The notes: generated by a model not told the origin, from the letters alone. A stretch of DNA of 64,000 nt from Oopsacas minuta (GCA_024704765.1 JAKMXF010000024.1:25218-89217); one strand, 5' to 3'; positions 1 through 15,200 are shown, counted from the first letter of the stretch. Numbers and translations: made by a program.

Positions 1-1407
1 AAAGAATTTGACAAAGCAATTCAAATAAACAGCAAAACATTAATATACCACGTACGAAAATTGGCCTGTATCTGGTCTATGAGTGAGCATAACAAATGCC
101 TTGACTTAATCAATCAACTTCTAATACAATACAATTGTGATTCTAACTTGCTTGTGTTACGAGCTGTACTGTATTATTCCTATGGCAAACACACAAAATG
201 TTTTGAAGATGTGCATCAAACGCTTAATATTGATAGTAACAATGCAATTGCATTGAGTTTGAATGATAAGTTAGCCTCAGCTGCTGCACACCATAAGGAG
301 CAAGCATTATCTTTGCATATGCAGAACAAAAATAGAGAAGCTCTCAAGAAAATAAATCTAGCGATTGAGACAAATCCAGCATGTGCAGATTTTAACATAT
401 TTCGCGGTGTTGTGTACCGAAATTTACACGACTATTCTTCTGCGGCAGATGACTTCTTAATAGCTCTGAATAAATGCAACCATGATCAGGATAATCCTAC
501 TTACTGGGACAGTAATAAACAACTAATCCTGACTTACAATGATTTCGCCGTTCATTGTTATAAAAAGAAATTTTACGAGGAAGCTCTTCAGCTACTTAAC
601 AAGGGAATTGAATCTGAGAAAAATGAGAAAGGATTGTATATGAATAGAGGTGATTGTTATTTGCAATTGGGACATTATGATTTTGCACGTTCTGATTATG
701 AACAAGCTCTTCAAATTGATGAGACCAGCTCCCTGGCAAAATCTAGACTTGCTTTTGTTTATTACTCAAAGGGAAATGATTCATTTTCTCAATCAAAATA
801 CTCAACAGCAACTGAACAGTTTTCACAGGCTATTGAATTTGCACCTGCTATTACTCATTTCTACTTCTGCCGAGCTAAATCCAGACTAGTTGAGGGTAAA
901 ATCGAAGAAAGCAAAATCGATGCTCTGATCTCACTTTTGCTGTCCCCAGGGATTGAGTTCGATCCTGCGCTTAGAAGCAGATTGTTTCCAGATGCTAGAA
1001 CTCCAGAACATCTATTACAATCTCCTGAAGGTAAAATAGCAATTGAATACATGCGTAGGATAAATTGCGATACAAGAAGCCTAGAATTAGCCAATACTAT
1101 TCCAAAGGAAATTCAAAGTCAAAGTCATTCTGTAGAGAATACTTCTCAATTAGAAGATAATGAAATTATTGATGAAGAAAATACTATGCAAGCTGTAAGC
1201 AAATTTTGTAGTCAAGACCTTATTGTTGCACCACGCGCGTGGAATGTAATATCAGACAACTTGCCTGCTATTCCAGCTGCATCTGACAGTAATGGTATTA
1301 TGCCAGATCTGAAAAAATGCATGGATGAAATAGAATTTCATAAACAGATATATTACACAAGGAAGAGGATTGATGGAGAAGTTGAGGAATATTTTAAGAA
1401 TAATTAA
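1..1407 (+). CDS. TTC16: Tetratricopeptide repeat protein 16-like, 5'-partial, no intron in the visible part
   Basis: Frame 1 is open from base 1 (KEFDKAIQINSK...), so the TTG at 61 is not the start. Tandem TPR repeats. QLILTYNDFAVHCYKK and EKGLYMNRGDCYLQLG match TTC16 as I recall it. Confidence 0.8.
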   Translation, partial: KEFDKAIQINSKTLIYHVRKLACIWSMSEHNKCLDLINQLLIQYNCDSNLLVLRAVLYYSYGKHTKCFEDVHQTLNIDSNNAIALSLNDKLASAAAHHKEQALSLHMQNKNREALKKINLAIETNPACADFNIFRGVVYRNLHDYSSAADDFLIALNKCNHDQDNPTYWDSNKQLILTYNDFAVHCYKKKFYEEALQLLNKGIESEKNEKGLYMNRGDCYLQLGHYDFARSDYEQALQIDETSSLAKSRLAFVYYSKGNDSFSQSKYSTATEQFSQAIEFAPAITHFYFCRAKSRLVEGKIEESKIDALISLLLSPGIEFDPALRSRLFPDARTPEHLLQSPEGKIAIEYMRRINCDTRSLELANTIPKEIQSQSHSVENTSQLEDNEIIDEENTMQAVSKFCSQDLIVAPRAWNVISDNLPAIPAASDSNGIMPDLKKCMDEIEFHKQIYYTRKRIDGEVEEYFKNN

Positions 1408-1783
1408 TTCACTTCATTACTACTCGATCACATTACTCACTCACTAATTCATTTATTGATGTATACCAATACCATAATTATATTATCAATTTTTGATTAT
1501 TTTAATTATGGCGATATGTGAATGGTATGTACTTGAAAATGGACTGCAATATTTGATAATGGGATAAATCTTTCTCAGCTAAACATTTAGCTAAGAAAGA
1601 TCTTAGTAAGTATCTAATTCTTTGGTTAATTTCGCAGTTTATAGATGCCTAACACCTGTGGTTCAAACTTTTCGAACTTTTAAGATATATATTATTTAAT
1701 TGATTGATGGAGCTTAATACAAATCTAATTGAAATCATTAGAATTGAAGAAATGAGTATTTTCTAACAGTTAATGAGAGATAA

Positions 1784-2824
1784 TTACGCTATTATTCTGT
1801 CAATACATTGCATCCATGATATTTTCTCATCTTGATCTGCAACACAGAATTTGTATGCTCTCTCTGGTGTTCTGATTGTAAATACGAACTTTGTCGGTGC
1901 AGGGACTTTATGCTCTGAACATCCATCTTCTACTGAATATGAATCAGCTGAATTGAGATCAAATTCTCCTTTCGGGAATGCGGAAGTTTCATCTTCGAAA
2001 TATTGTACTTTATTGTTGCTGATTTTAACCCAGCGTTTTCGCCACTTATCCTTTACTCTTGGACCTGTTTTGAACATGTAACCTGTCTTGACATGCTCCT
2101 TACTTCTAGTTAATTCACTACATTCTTTTGCTAGATTTTGTTGTGAAGCAAGTATCGCGTAATACCATTCGATTGTTTCCCTGGGTGTTTCGCCATATAC
2201 GTAGTACGTTCTTGTCATTTCGTCATGAGGGGTATGAGAAATCGCGATTACGTATGGTTTGCCAGGCACAGTTTGTATAGAAATGTTCGTAGCCGCGAGT
2301 TGTAACACTGCTTTTGGCTGTGTAGTTTCTCTTCTGGTAAAATATTGTAATACTTCCTCTTTTATCTCAAAATGTCTTTGTTTCCAACATTCATTTATTT
2401 TGCTTTTCTTATACAAAAATCCGCTTTTGAATTCTTTGAATCCACAGTAAGGATCTGTCTTTGATTCGCTACTAAACAATTTCCTAACGTATTTATCCTG
2501 TATATATTCAGATTTTATGATGTACAGTGACTCTAATACTGGTTTGAGATAAAATTCAGGTCGACAATCCTCTAAATTATCCGCTATCTCATTCCCAACA
2601 GCTCTGCCCAATTCTTCTTCTGTCCAATTATCGCATTGAAAGGACTTTACCTGTTCCTCATCTCCTTCTATCATATATTTATGTATAATAGCGCATTCTA
2701 CACAAAGAAAGCAACCAAATCTAAGATCACACCATGCTACATCCTTTCCATCACAATCCGCACACTTCCTAATATTCTCTTCTAAGTATTGTTGTGCATT
2801 TACACCTTGAAATGTCATTGCCAT
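1784..2824 (-). CDS. ADAP1: ArfGAP with dual PH domains (centaurin-alpha/ADAP1-like), single exon
   Basis: CADC-x16-CVEC ArfGAP zinc finger followed by two PH domains (KSGFLYKK...WKQRHF; KTGYMFKTGP...WRKRWV). Confidence 0.85.
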   Translation of the reverse strand: MAMTFQGVNAQQYLEENIRKCADCDGKDVAWCDLRFGCFLCVECAIIHKYMIEGDEEQVKSFQCDNWTEEELGRAVGNEIADNLEDCRPEFYLKPVLESLYIIKSEYIQDKYVRKLFSSESKTDPYCGFKEFKSGFLYKKSKINECWKQRHFEIKEEVLQYFTRRETTQPKAVLQLAATNISIQTVPGKPYVIAISHTPHDEMTRTYYVYGETPRETIEWYYAILASQQNLAKECSELTRSKEHVKTGYMFKTGPRVKDKWRKRWVKISNNKVQYFEDETSAFPKGEFDLNSADSYSVEDGCSEHKVPAPTKFVFTIRTPERAYKFCVADQDEKISWMQCIDRIIA

Positions 2825-3299
2825 TTTTCTTTTTGTATATTTATTTCTTATTTTATGTTACTTTGTATCCCTCTATTTATACTGTTTTGATATATAGCAT
2901 ACATAATGTGTTTAAGGTTTATTGTCTACGACTCTATGTCATATTAATGTATTTTCATATTCCTGATACATAATGTTGAAATATTTAAAACTTGTTTATA
3001 TTCTTTCGTCATCAAATTAATATAATTTTTTCCTAAGACATCAGTTGATATTGTTAATGTAATTTCAGTTCGGTTTTGCAATTACACTTTAATAAAGTTT
3101 AAGTTATATTTAGAATTTAGAATGATATTGAATTTTATTCCTGAAATGTATTCAAATATTTTGTATTTGTAATTCTACGCGAGTTCAGTCGACATATTTG
3201 TGTACAGGCCCAATTACTTTTCCATAAAAATATTCATTTTGTCAGTGTTATTAGTTAAATATTCTCCTATAATAATAGTATTAATATTATTAGAATTAT

Positions 3300-6200
3300 A
3301 TGTCGAATGAGTGCAAATTAGAATTTGAAGATTTTGATGATTTTGATGAGTTAGATGAATTGGATGGAATTGACTGGAATAATTCAGAATTGCAAATAAT
3401 TGAACAAAAGAGTTCTAATCTCAATTACAACACTACTACAGGTTAAATTCTTAATACAATTTGTAGCTAATTACTTTCTTACATATTGTTCTACAATTCG
3501 TTCTTTCACAGTCAATTCCAGTTATATCGCAGCTCAAGGGACCGCGATAATTACATCGATATAAGCGGACTTCAATATAATCGATGAATTTTGTATTTTT
3601 TGACGGTTTGTGTCCATATTTGTGTAATCGATATAACCCGGGTAATTCTATATATCCGTGTTCGATATAACAGGACATCGGTTATATCGAACTCTGCTCA
3701 TATAGGAACAATTAATGGGTCCCTCAGCATATCGTAATGGTTTCGCTCTCTGCTTCCTAGCCAAGGTTTTTGTTGAAATGTATTGCTCGCTCTAATACAT
3801 ATTTTATAACTTTGCAGATAACCATCCTACCAACAGCTATACACCAGACAAACAACATATAATAGGATTTGATGAGGAGTGTGGAAAGACCTGGCATTAT
3901 CCTATAGACTTTCCACTGAGAGATTATCAGTTCTCAATAGTGAGAAAATGTTTGTTTAATAATACGTTGGTTTGTTTACCTACTGGATTGGGTAAGACAT
4001 TTATAGCTGCGGTAGTAATGCTTAACTTCTATCGATGGTATCCTCAAGGCAAGATTGTCTTCTTAGCCCCGACTAAACCTCTAGTCAACCAACAGGTAAA
4101 TTTAGCTTACACAGTAGAATGCGATTAATTGGGTCACTTTAATTCTGAATCTTCCAATGTGAAAAGTGTTGAAGTTAAGTGGATTCTTATGTATATCAAT
4201 TTATTGTCAATTTGACATTCATTTCCCCCAGTGTTCGTTTAAGGGAATTCGCACGGTATTCCCCAGGAATTTTCAGTTAAAAATAGTCGATCTCCTGGAT
4301 ATTTGCCCGAATTTATCACATTTTTTCCAGTTCCTCCCTGATTTTTTATTGTACCCAGTGAAATTTGACCCCCGAAAGTTATAGTAGACACAGATTTTGT
4401 CTACTTACAATTACCAATGTAATAATACACTTTCCATGTTTTGAGACAACTCTCTGATAATTACTTTCCTTCATTTGTAAATTGTTGTTACACGTAAATG
4501 ATTATGGAAATTTGAAGAAAATATCAAAGATTCAATATTGCATATTTCATAAATCTGTTTCATTGTAGGTACCATCTGGTGCTGTAAAATGTAAAAGACG
4601 TATGTATAATTTGTTTCGCGTGAACTGTATACGATTATCTATCATTTTATAAATATACAATCGACTCTAAATTCGGCTACATCGACATACGATTAACAAA
4701 GAACTTCCCGATTTAGCTGTGTCTATAGAATACGTGTGTTTGTAGATTAATGCTTGTTGCAAAATTACAGCTCTACCTCGTTACGAAGTAGTAGAGCTGA
4801 CAGGAGCTACTTCTTCTCTGAAACGAGTAAACCTTTGGAGAGATAATCGAGTATTCTTTTTGACTCCACAAGTTATGCAGAATGATCTTTCATCTGGTAT
4901 TTGTCCAGCTAAAGATATTGTTTGTTGCGTATTAGATGAAGCACATAAGGCTTTAGGTAATTATGCATACACTCAAGTAGTGAAAGAGTTGTTAGTGAAT
5001 AGTGTTAAATTTCGTGTGCTGGCTCTCAGCGCTACTCCAGGTGATGATCTATCTGCAATTCAGGAGGTAAGTTATCTAATGTTTTCTTTGTAGTTAAGTG
5101 GTTGTCTCTAACTAGCTGATATTGTTTAATAATTACCAACAAAGTCCCGATTTTCGGCCATGCAATTTAGAGTTATTTCCTGCTAAAGCTTGTGCTAAAC
5201 ATCTCCAGTATTTGTGAATAAAATCTATCTCGCTTATAGATTTTTTGATGAAATTTACGCCTCGTTTGACTATGCAACAAATCAGGATAATTAGTTTCTC
5301 AACATTTCAGTAAGTATTTCCAAAATTTGAAAATTATTTTTACCAAAAAATACCCACGACAATAATATGCACCGAGCTAATGCAATACGGTATTTGTTTA
5401 TTTATTTATTTGTTACTAAACAGTTACACATATTTATAAATTCAATTGTTGATAATGCTCAGGATGATATTCACATCATATTTTGTGTTGGCTATTTTGA
5501 AGTTGTATAATTTGACAACGAATTTGCAAAATTGACACGCTTGGAGTCAAAAAGATTTCATCTTGCAAAGACCTTCCCTCGTCCTCCCACTACTGTCTGC
5601 TCGGCCTTGACTTCTGCTAGATGTGTTTACCGATAATAAAAATTCCTCGTATAACTAATGTATAAATACAGTCAAACCTACGATAATTACTTGTACCCTC
5701 TCAATTGTATATATTTTTATTTGACTCAATTTTGCTCAGTCACGGGTATAAATGATATTTCATTTTCTTTACGACATGTTAAGAAAGATTCTTATATGAT
5801 TATCACCTAATAATAATTACACAATATACTACTACATCTTACTTAATAATCATTTATTAGGTAATTAATAATTTGTTGATCAATTGCATTGAACTACGGA
5901 CAGAAGAATCTATTGATGTAATTCCTTATACACATCATAAGAAAGTTGAAAAGTATGTCGTGAAGATAGAAGGAACATTAGGAGAGATTCATTCAAAGTT
6001 TTTAAATGTTCTAAGTGGGATTGTTAAGAAACTTCATTCTCAAAAAGCTGTGTATACAGAAGATCCTAAGAGATTGTGTAGATACCAATTGATTAAGGTA
6101 GTTAATATTTCTATAGCGAATTTATAGGAATTGTTCAAACTCATTCCATAGAAACTATACAGATTTGCTAATCAGGAATCCGTATAAATTGCCTGGCATG

Positions 6201-9200
6201 AACTTGACACAAATAAACTGAATTGGCGGAATCGACTGCACTTTGGTTGTATTACATTAGCTAAAATACGGATTCTGTAGTAATAATTGTATCTTTTAGG
6301 CACGTGAAAACTTCCGTAGCTCCGTATCAGGAGCATTCATAGGACCAGTAGAGGGAGAATTTGCTGTAGGAATATCATTATATCATTCTTACGAGCAGCT
6401 ATACTCTAGTGGTATTAGAGCTTGTTATCAATCTATCAAGAGACTACTCTCAGATGGAAAATCATCTGCTCGTTTGCGTTCAGAGGTTATTAGGAATGTA
6501 GAGCTGAATCAAGTTATGTCTAAGATGGAGAAACTTGTTGATTCTATGCACAAGTTCTTCATACGTACTAATTCTATGGATCCTAATCTGAGTATTGTAT
6601 CGTTTGGTGATGCTTCTTTTGACGTAAGTTTAGTTTATATTTAATCAAATATTAAATATTTGAATTCAATTTGCTGATTTTACTGATGCTATATTTATAT
6701 TTGCACACACATCGATTTTTGTTTCCATATATGGAGATAAAATTAGATTCAACATTTCAACGATATACTTGTCGTTATATTTTACAGTAATATTCACTTT
6801 ACAAGAGGTTATTCATTAAACTGTATGAAGAAACAGAAAGGCAGTTTTCTAAGAAACGCTGCCTTTTTAAATATTATCTGTCAGGTTGATTAACCTGATT
6901 TCCTTTTTTATAGCAAAACTGATTTCTACAGTATTGCGTATAACTAATAAGAGATTATTCATAAATAATGATTTGATTACTTAAAAGTCAATTTTAAGTG
7001 AAATAATTTCAGTGTAATTTGCATAATAAAATTAGCTATTTTTAAGCTACCCTTATAGCCCTGTAATATGTCTTCCATTATTTCTAGTTAACATCAACTC
7101 TAGCCAGTGATGATTTCTTCTACAGTCACCCTAAGCTCTTGAAACTTGAAGAAATAGTAGTATCACATTTTAGGAAAGCTACTACAGATAACACCACGAA
7201 TACTCGTGTAATGATTTTCAGTAGTTTTAGAGATAGTGTAGAAGAGATTAGTGTTATGTTACATAGACACGCGCCTCTGGTTAGAGTTATGTGTTTCTAT
7301 GGACATGGCAATAAACCGACAGGGACTAAAGGGCAAAAAGGATTTACCCAGAAGGAACAATTGAAAGTTATGGAGAGATTCAGGGAAGGTGGATATAATG
7401 TTCTTGTGTCTACCTGTGTTGGAGAAGAAGGATTAGATATAGGAGATGTTGATCTTATTGTATGTTTTGATTCTCCTAAAGCTCCTACTAGATATGTTCA
7501 GAGAATGGGGAGAACTGGTGAGTTACGAGAATAACTTTTTGCCATATCGAATTTTATATGGAGATTGTTGTGTATTTTGATTTTCCAAACTTTTATGGAA
7601 TAAACTATTTATCGAAAATTGAAATAATTCTTTCGAAGTACAGTGAATTTCGCCTTTTATCAATCGTATTTGCATGGATTTCTTTGCTAATACGCGAATT
7701 TGCAATTATGCAAACTATTTATCATACAAAAATGCATTCTATGTCTCCGAAAAAGTCGTTAAAAATGCGGATTTTTTCGAATACTAATAGGTGAATGAGC
7801 TGTAACCAGAATGGGCAAATCAAAATCAAATTTAAGCGTACAATTATTATTACTAATAATTCTAGGATTAATACTTTTGTATAATAAATGTAGCTGCATT
7901 AATAACTAATGTTAAACATCCCATGTACAAACCCTCTGGTAAAATAAATGACTAATATATAATCAGTGTGCTTCTCAGTATTATTTCATAATTATACGTT
8001 GCGGTGTATAATTTGATATTTTGTAATAAATTTATAACATTTTTACTATGGAAACACAAACCCAATCATGGCTAATTACTGTTAACGAAATAATGCTGGG
8101 TTTCTGTATAACAAATATGTATTGATTCTCTGCTTGAATATTTTCTGGATAATCGCGTGTATAAGAAAATCGTATATAGTAGCTCGTGATTACAGGAATT
8201 GACGATTACATCCTAATCTACATCCTATATGCGAAGATGGATACAGGATAAGTGGAATGCAGCAGGGCAATCTCATTAATGATACGGATAAATCCCAGTA
8301 TGATTACCACAAAAAAATGAGGTTAAGAAATATAGCAGCGGGTTTTGTACATATTGATCCACAATGCACAATCAAGTCACACAAAATACCTGCAATAACA
8401 AATATTATACTAAACGAATATAACACAGTCGTGATATTGCTTAAACCTCCATTATTAAGAGTTATAAGGACTGCTCTACCTACTATCATTCCTTGATGCA
8501 ATAGCCCTATGCACACGTATGAATAACACTCGTTCATTTGGCAAGATATCCAGCAAGATCCGCGCACAACCAGCATGTGTGATTTGTTTCTTGCCATATT
8601 TTAATGTGAGACTTTTCCCACTAACATATCTTATAGGATCTGTGAATTATTACGCCTAATCATAGCTATGGCCTACGTATAATATTTCACATTGTTGCTT
8701 TTCACTGACAATAATAATTGTATTAAATAATAAAACAGTGGATATATCGCTCATAAGGACATTTCTATTTCATTTTGTACTAGGTCGCAAGAGGGAAGGT
8801 CGTATCGTAATGCTACTCTCTGAAGGCAAGGAGGAACAAGCTTATCAGAAGTGTCAAACTTCGAAAAAGCACATCTATAAGATAGTAACAGAAGGTCATA
8901 AACATCTTAACTTCCACAGAGACTCTCCTAAAATGGTTCCAAAACACATATCACCACAACCTAGTAAACTCTATCTCCAGCAGCAACAGCAGGAAGAAGA
9001 AGAGAAAATACCCCCGGCTATATTTTCACGGGGCCTCCGTAATAATAAGAAAGGTAAAAAGATTCTTGAGAACTATCCAGGATTTTCATCTGCAGCTAGC
9101 GAGTTTAATAAGAACAGAGATCAATTTAGTCTATCTAAAGAGGATTTGAATAGATGGACAGTTAAGTATTGTTTGAGTCAGAATGATACTCTTAGAATAC

Positions 9201-12200
9201 AACAGAGATTATCTGCTTACACAGGTCATAGGCCAATGCTATTTCTAATGGATGAACAACAGCGTAGAGGTAATATAGTATAGATTTATGTACCATGGAC
9301 TGCAATTAAAAAACATATTTCGTACATTTAGCAATTCAATTTATATACAATGAATACTCGGTTGAAAGTAAGAAATACGAATATGATTAAGTTCAATCGA
9401 TTCCGTTCTAAGTGTGACGCTCGTAATGAATCGGAACACTAAAGATTAGCACTAGGTTCTACATTTACCACAATAATGTTCGTACTTTTTTGACTTTCGA
9501 ATCTTTCCTACTTTTTTTACATTAAAAACCCAAATATTCTCGCCTGCATTCAGTTCAAATAGAATATTGTCAGATTTCGTATATATTTGTAGCAGAATAC
9601 GGAATTCAATATTTCATCGAAACTCGAAAGAAATACAAATTATTTTGATATTTACTATCTCTATTCTACAGAAATCAGTTCTATCCCTGTTCCGGATAAT
9701 ACAGAACCAGTAGATTGTTCTAAATGGTTAGACTGGCAGTCTAGCATACAGACGGGTACTATATCTCATTCTACAGCCTCTAAATCTCTCATTGATTGTA
9801 TAAAAACAATAGATAATCTTAAGAATTCTGATACAGCAGCAGATGAGCATAGAGCTGCTCTACAGATTGATAGAACAGATAGTCACGAGGATCAGTCTAT
9901 ACACACCGGATTAACCCAATTGACTTTAAGGTTAGCAATGATTAATTGATTATCTGCTTTATGTACAAACTCTATGGGCACCAAGGGAACATAGATCTCT
10001 TACAGGTCTATGTATTAAACTGTAATATTCATTAAAAAGTATTTAGGGAAAAATAATACAATCGATAATGATTAAAAGGGTCCGTTCAAACATTATGTAA
10101 CGCTACCAAGGTAAGAGGTCAAATTTTAGGAAATTTTGCGTTATGTAACGTTTGAACAGCCCCAAAAATATTACAGGTTTCGTATTAACGTGAGTACGTA
10201 TACTGATTTAATTGAAAAGAAATTGGCTTATGTGGATTAATTAACAGAAAATTTCTCTAAACATTGAAACCCCAAAATGAATAGCTCAGTATTGGGACGC
10301 GAACTGCCATTTCAAAATTTCCCTACACAAACATTTCCATTACCGAATTGATGTATAACAACTATAACATATTGACTAGCTATTCTCTTTCTAGAACAAA
10401 TATCAATAAGATACCTTCAAAATCTCACTTACCAAGAAATAAGAAGAAACACACTAAAATAGATAATTCTAATTCTGATTCAGACATAGAACATTCTATA
10501 ACTCCAACCGGTACCGATAATATTATTAAATTCCCAGATAAACCAGATAATATTGATATGAATCATCCTTTCGCTTCAGCTACTGTTAGGCAGAAAATTT
10601 TCGCACTCGAATCATCTTCCGATGAAATAAACTCTGATGACAGTCAGGCACACAAATCACGAAATTTTCCATCACCTCCACCAGCTCAATGCGAAGATTC
10701 AGTTAATTCTATTGAAGATTTATTAAACACACCTCGTTACACAAGAAATAAACCTGTTCTTCCTTTATCTTTGGAAGAATCAACTGATCAATCAATCCAC
10801 AGTTCACCAAATAAGATCAACATCATGGATGAAGAATCAGTGGAACTTGTATTTGTTGATGGTAACACCTCGAATAATAATACACCTATTCAGACAAGTT
10901 TTGACATCCATGTTGCCCCAAAACATACGCTCGCTTCTCCCCTACAGTATGATTCATCTATAAATGGACCAGGGATTAGTATGTTGTCAAAAACAAGTAC
11001 TCCAAATAAATCATCTAATTTTATTGATCCTGACGTCATCTGTATTGTTAGATCCAATGAGAATCCTAAAAACTGCACTACAATATCTCCTATGTTGAAC
11101 CCGATCACTTCATCATCCTTTCTTGAGGATATCCCTGGTCCTGCTAATGGAAACACCAATAGAGTTCGTAGAAAAGCAAAAACGCCAAATTTCGAGTCAT
11201 CTGATTCTGAAAATGAAGCTCTAAAAAGTCTATGTAGAAAACGTAAATTCCAATTCAAACGTCAAATAATTTCATCACAATTCAGTCCAGTTGCCACAGT
11301 AGTGAATAACCCCAAGAAAAAACGAAAACTGAATTATTTTATTGATCACGAGGCAATTGAGAGTGATGGAGAATATTCTCAAGATTCATTTCAATCCCTT
11401 CCTACAACCAGTACATCTAACGCAGACACAAATACTGAAGAAATCAGTGTTATATCACGTTTGATAGCTGATACAAGTGGTAGTGCTACAGGCATTAATG
11501 AGTCTAGTATGTATGCTAGATATGTTCATGATCTTATTTCCCCTCCTATAAATCAAGCCTGTAAACTGGTTATTGATCCTAAGAGACACAGGACACTAGC
11601 TACTGCTGGGAAGAATATCCTCAAGTGAGTTTGATAATTAACTAAAAAGTAACTTCTATGTTAATATGGCTTAGTATGCTAATTAAATAGTGGTAGTGTA
11701 TTGTTAAACAGCTGGCATTTGGTAATGCTAATAGTTTCGCATATTATTACTCCGCATTACACTGTGGACCTATTTCCCGAGAGTTTATTAATACAGCAGA
11801 AATTCCCTATTTGGTCCAATTGAATTTAGCAGCTCTAGGGTAAAATAATAACAGACAAAACACTATTGATTTTGTAATAATAGTTCGATTTAACACTTTC
11901 TAAACAGGTCATTAAATGACAAAAACTACCAAAAAAACCTGACTTATACTGTATTATCAATTGGTATGTATTTATAGACTTGAACAGTTATCAGACTACT
12001 CCATATAAGTTCACCATTCGAAATTTGTGTTAAAACGAGCGGCTGCGCACACTTTTTCGGTGTAGATGAGTTATCCGTCCTCCTTACTTCTAATTCTTAT
12101 AATCCGTCTTATACAAACTATTTCTTTTCCCCCTAGTTTATTGGCAATCATATCCAATGATCTACATTATATCTGTATACGTAATAATCTCAGATAATAT

Positions 12201-15200
12201 TGTGATCATTTTGAGCCCTATTATTAAATAATAAACATTTCTAGAAATGTTATTAGTATATTATAGCGGACGTATTTAATATTTAAACTTCCTTAAATCC
12301 TTAATTGTGGTGTTTTCTGCATAATTATACTTATCATTCACATAAATATTACCACTATAAATATACATTATAAGAAAATTGACCGAAATTGACCAATTAA
12401 CTTAACGAGAATTGAATTGTCAGATTGCATGTATTCTAGATCAAATGACTGTTAAGCTCTAGGAAATAATGATTAACCCTATAGACTTTAACCCTATCTA
12501 ATTACCATTACAATTACGATACTTGTATCAGGCTTCTAGGATGCTACTTCTTGCAAACCTCACTAGAAGTACAAGCTATGTAACTCATACTTGTTTTTCT
12601 GGGGACAAATTATATGACATGATCCAATATACGCATTTATTTACACTCAATCTATCGAATTGAAAATAGTACCTAATAGTTAAATTCCAAAGTCCATTAA
12701 TGTAACTATTATACAAAACCCCAGAAAAGCTCCCAGAATACTAACATAGTCTCAATGCAATAGATAAGTATATAAGCCAGTGAATAGAAAGATTTTATCA
12801 AATTCATAATTTTTAACAATCTTGAAATTGTAATATATTTTTGATTCTGCCTGAATTCACGAAAATGCAATCCCTTTTTTATTTATTCTTGTTGGTAACA
12901 GTTTTTAACTTTTCTTTCGTTTACGGTAACAAAGTCAATTGCTTTGGTTTTCAAACTTGTCGTAATGGTATTTGTATTGAAGGTCCAGAATGCGCTTGTG
13001 ATGAAGGATTTTATGGAGATTTTTGTGATTACAGAAATGTTGATATTTCTGAATCAAATAAATGTGAGAATGTTCCCGGAGCTACTATGCTAGACTGCAA
13101 AAATGAGGGTGTTTGTATTGCTTTCGGTACAATGTCATTTTGTGCATGTATTAAAACAGAATTCACTGGTCCATTATGTCAATACAATCGTACTTGTGAG
13201 TCAACTTGTCTGCGAGATGATATAAATGGTAGGCCATATTGTCCAGCTGGAAAGACTCGATTGTATGAATCTTGTCAAGATAACGGTCTGCAATCTACAA
13301 CGATGTTTGTTTCCGAACTAACCTCTGAACTCCCTGAAATCACCAATCCTGCTGCTACTACTACAACTGGCACTAGCGTTAATGTATTCAATAATTTCAC
13401 TCGCAATAACGAGACTTTGAGTGAAGAAGTATTCATAATAATTCTTGTTTCAGTCAATGTAGTATTTCTACTGATAATATTCGTGATATCAATCAGTCTA
13501 TTCTGTGTTATCTGTTTCGTTGTAAGAGCTATGAATCGTAAGAATAAAAAACCAGGATTTCCATCTCGTCGTTTTGACCCAGAAGCACGTTCTACTCTAC
13601 CAGCACCAAATGCAATCTCTACTTCAATTCAAGCCCCTTCCGTCCCAACAAATGAGTATGAAGCACCTTATGACTGTCTACCTAGAGTACAAGCTGCTCG
13701 ACCTTACGAAATACCCAGACAACCAATGCGGGTACCGATCTCCATTCAACGGAACCGTTTTCCTGACACATATCGCGTTAACAACCACACTTACTCTATT
13801 CACAGTAATATATCTGGTATGTACTTTCAAATACAAGAATTCCATGACAACAATGACGAAGCTATAGCTCCTAGTTATGCTGTAATTGTTCCTAGTGCGA
13901 AAGATAGGGAGAGTAAAGTTAATGGTTGTACAGGTAGCTCTTTGAGGAAGAAGACTCCCCCGCCTATTGCTCCTAAGCCTACACAATCCCCTATGACATA
14001 CTGGGAGCCAGGGAAGGACTTTCCATCTCTCTTTGATCAAATGCATCGATCTCGTTACAAGGAAATTAAGCCAGAAAATCTGAAACTATTCAATTTAGTC
14101 GGAAAAGGTGAATTTGGAGATGTTTGGAAAGGTACACTAGAGACACCAATTGGTGAGATACCAGTAGCGATCAAACTATTGAATGAATCCCTAGGAAAAC
14201 AAGAGAACATATCCTTCCTACAAGAAGCAGCAATAATAGGCCAGTTTAATCACGTGAATGTCTTGAAGCTTATAGGTGTAGTAACCCTTTCTGAACCAAA
14301 GTTAATAATATCAGAGCTAATGGAAATACAACTGAGAGACTATCTTATTAATCTCAGAAAGAGGGCATCACTTCCTTTTGGTGAAATCTCTGGTATTTTC
14401 CTTGGATTTTGTAGAGGTATTGCACTGGGTATGTCATACCTTTCACAGAAAGGATTCATCCATCGTGATCTTGCTGCTAGAAATATTCTGCTTGATACGC
14501 AGAATGAGTGTAAAATTGCGGATTTTGGCATGACTCGACGCTTAATGGATTCCGATTATTACAAAATGAATGACACAGCTGTAATCCCTTTGAAATGGTC
14601 AGCACCTGAATCTGTGTTTTTTAAGAAATTCCATTCAAAGAGTGATGTTTGGAGCTTTGCAATGGTTCTATTCGAAATTTGGAGTTTAGGCTCGAAACCA
14701 TGGCCTTTTGATAAACTCAATTCAGTCGTGAACAAACTCAATCAATCAATTTTACTACAACCTCCAACTGGTTGCCCTCGTGACATATATATAATCATGG
14801 TTCTATGCTGGCACCCTGAGGCAGACAAACGTCCTTCCTTCACCGAATTGTGTAGAATGTTTAACGACACAAACATTGTCTCACTACAACCTCCACCTGG
14901 CAATGATAAGAGCACTGTATTAGGTGAGGACCTATGCTATAGTGAAGATCTATACGAAGACCTACAATTCTCCTATAGAAAACAAACTCAATGACTACAT
15001 GTGGTTATGAACAATACAAATTTGTAACTTATATGTGAAATATTATAAGAATTGTTTTTATTGTAATTCATACTATTAATGCGAAAATGGAGTTTATTTT
15101 ATTGGTTCAGAAAATTGGAAATAAACCTCATAGAATGTTCGTCATAAATATATTTTATAAGCAATAACGAGGAATTTTCTGAGGAATATTACTTTTGAGG

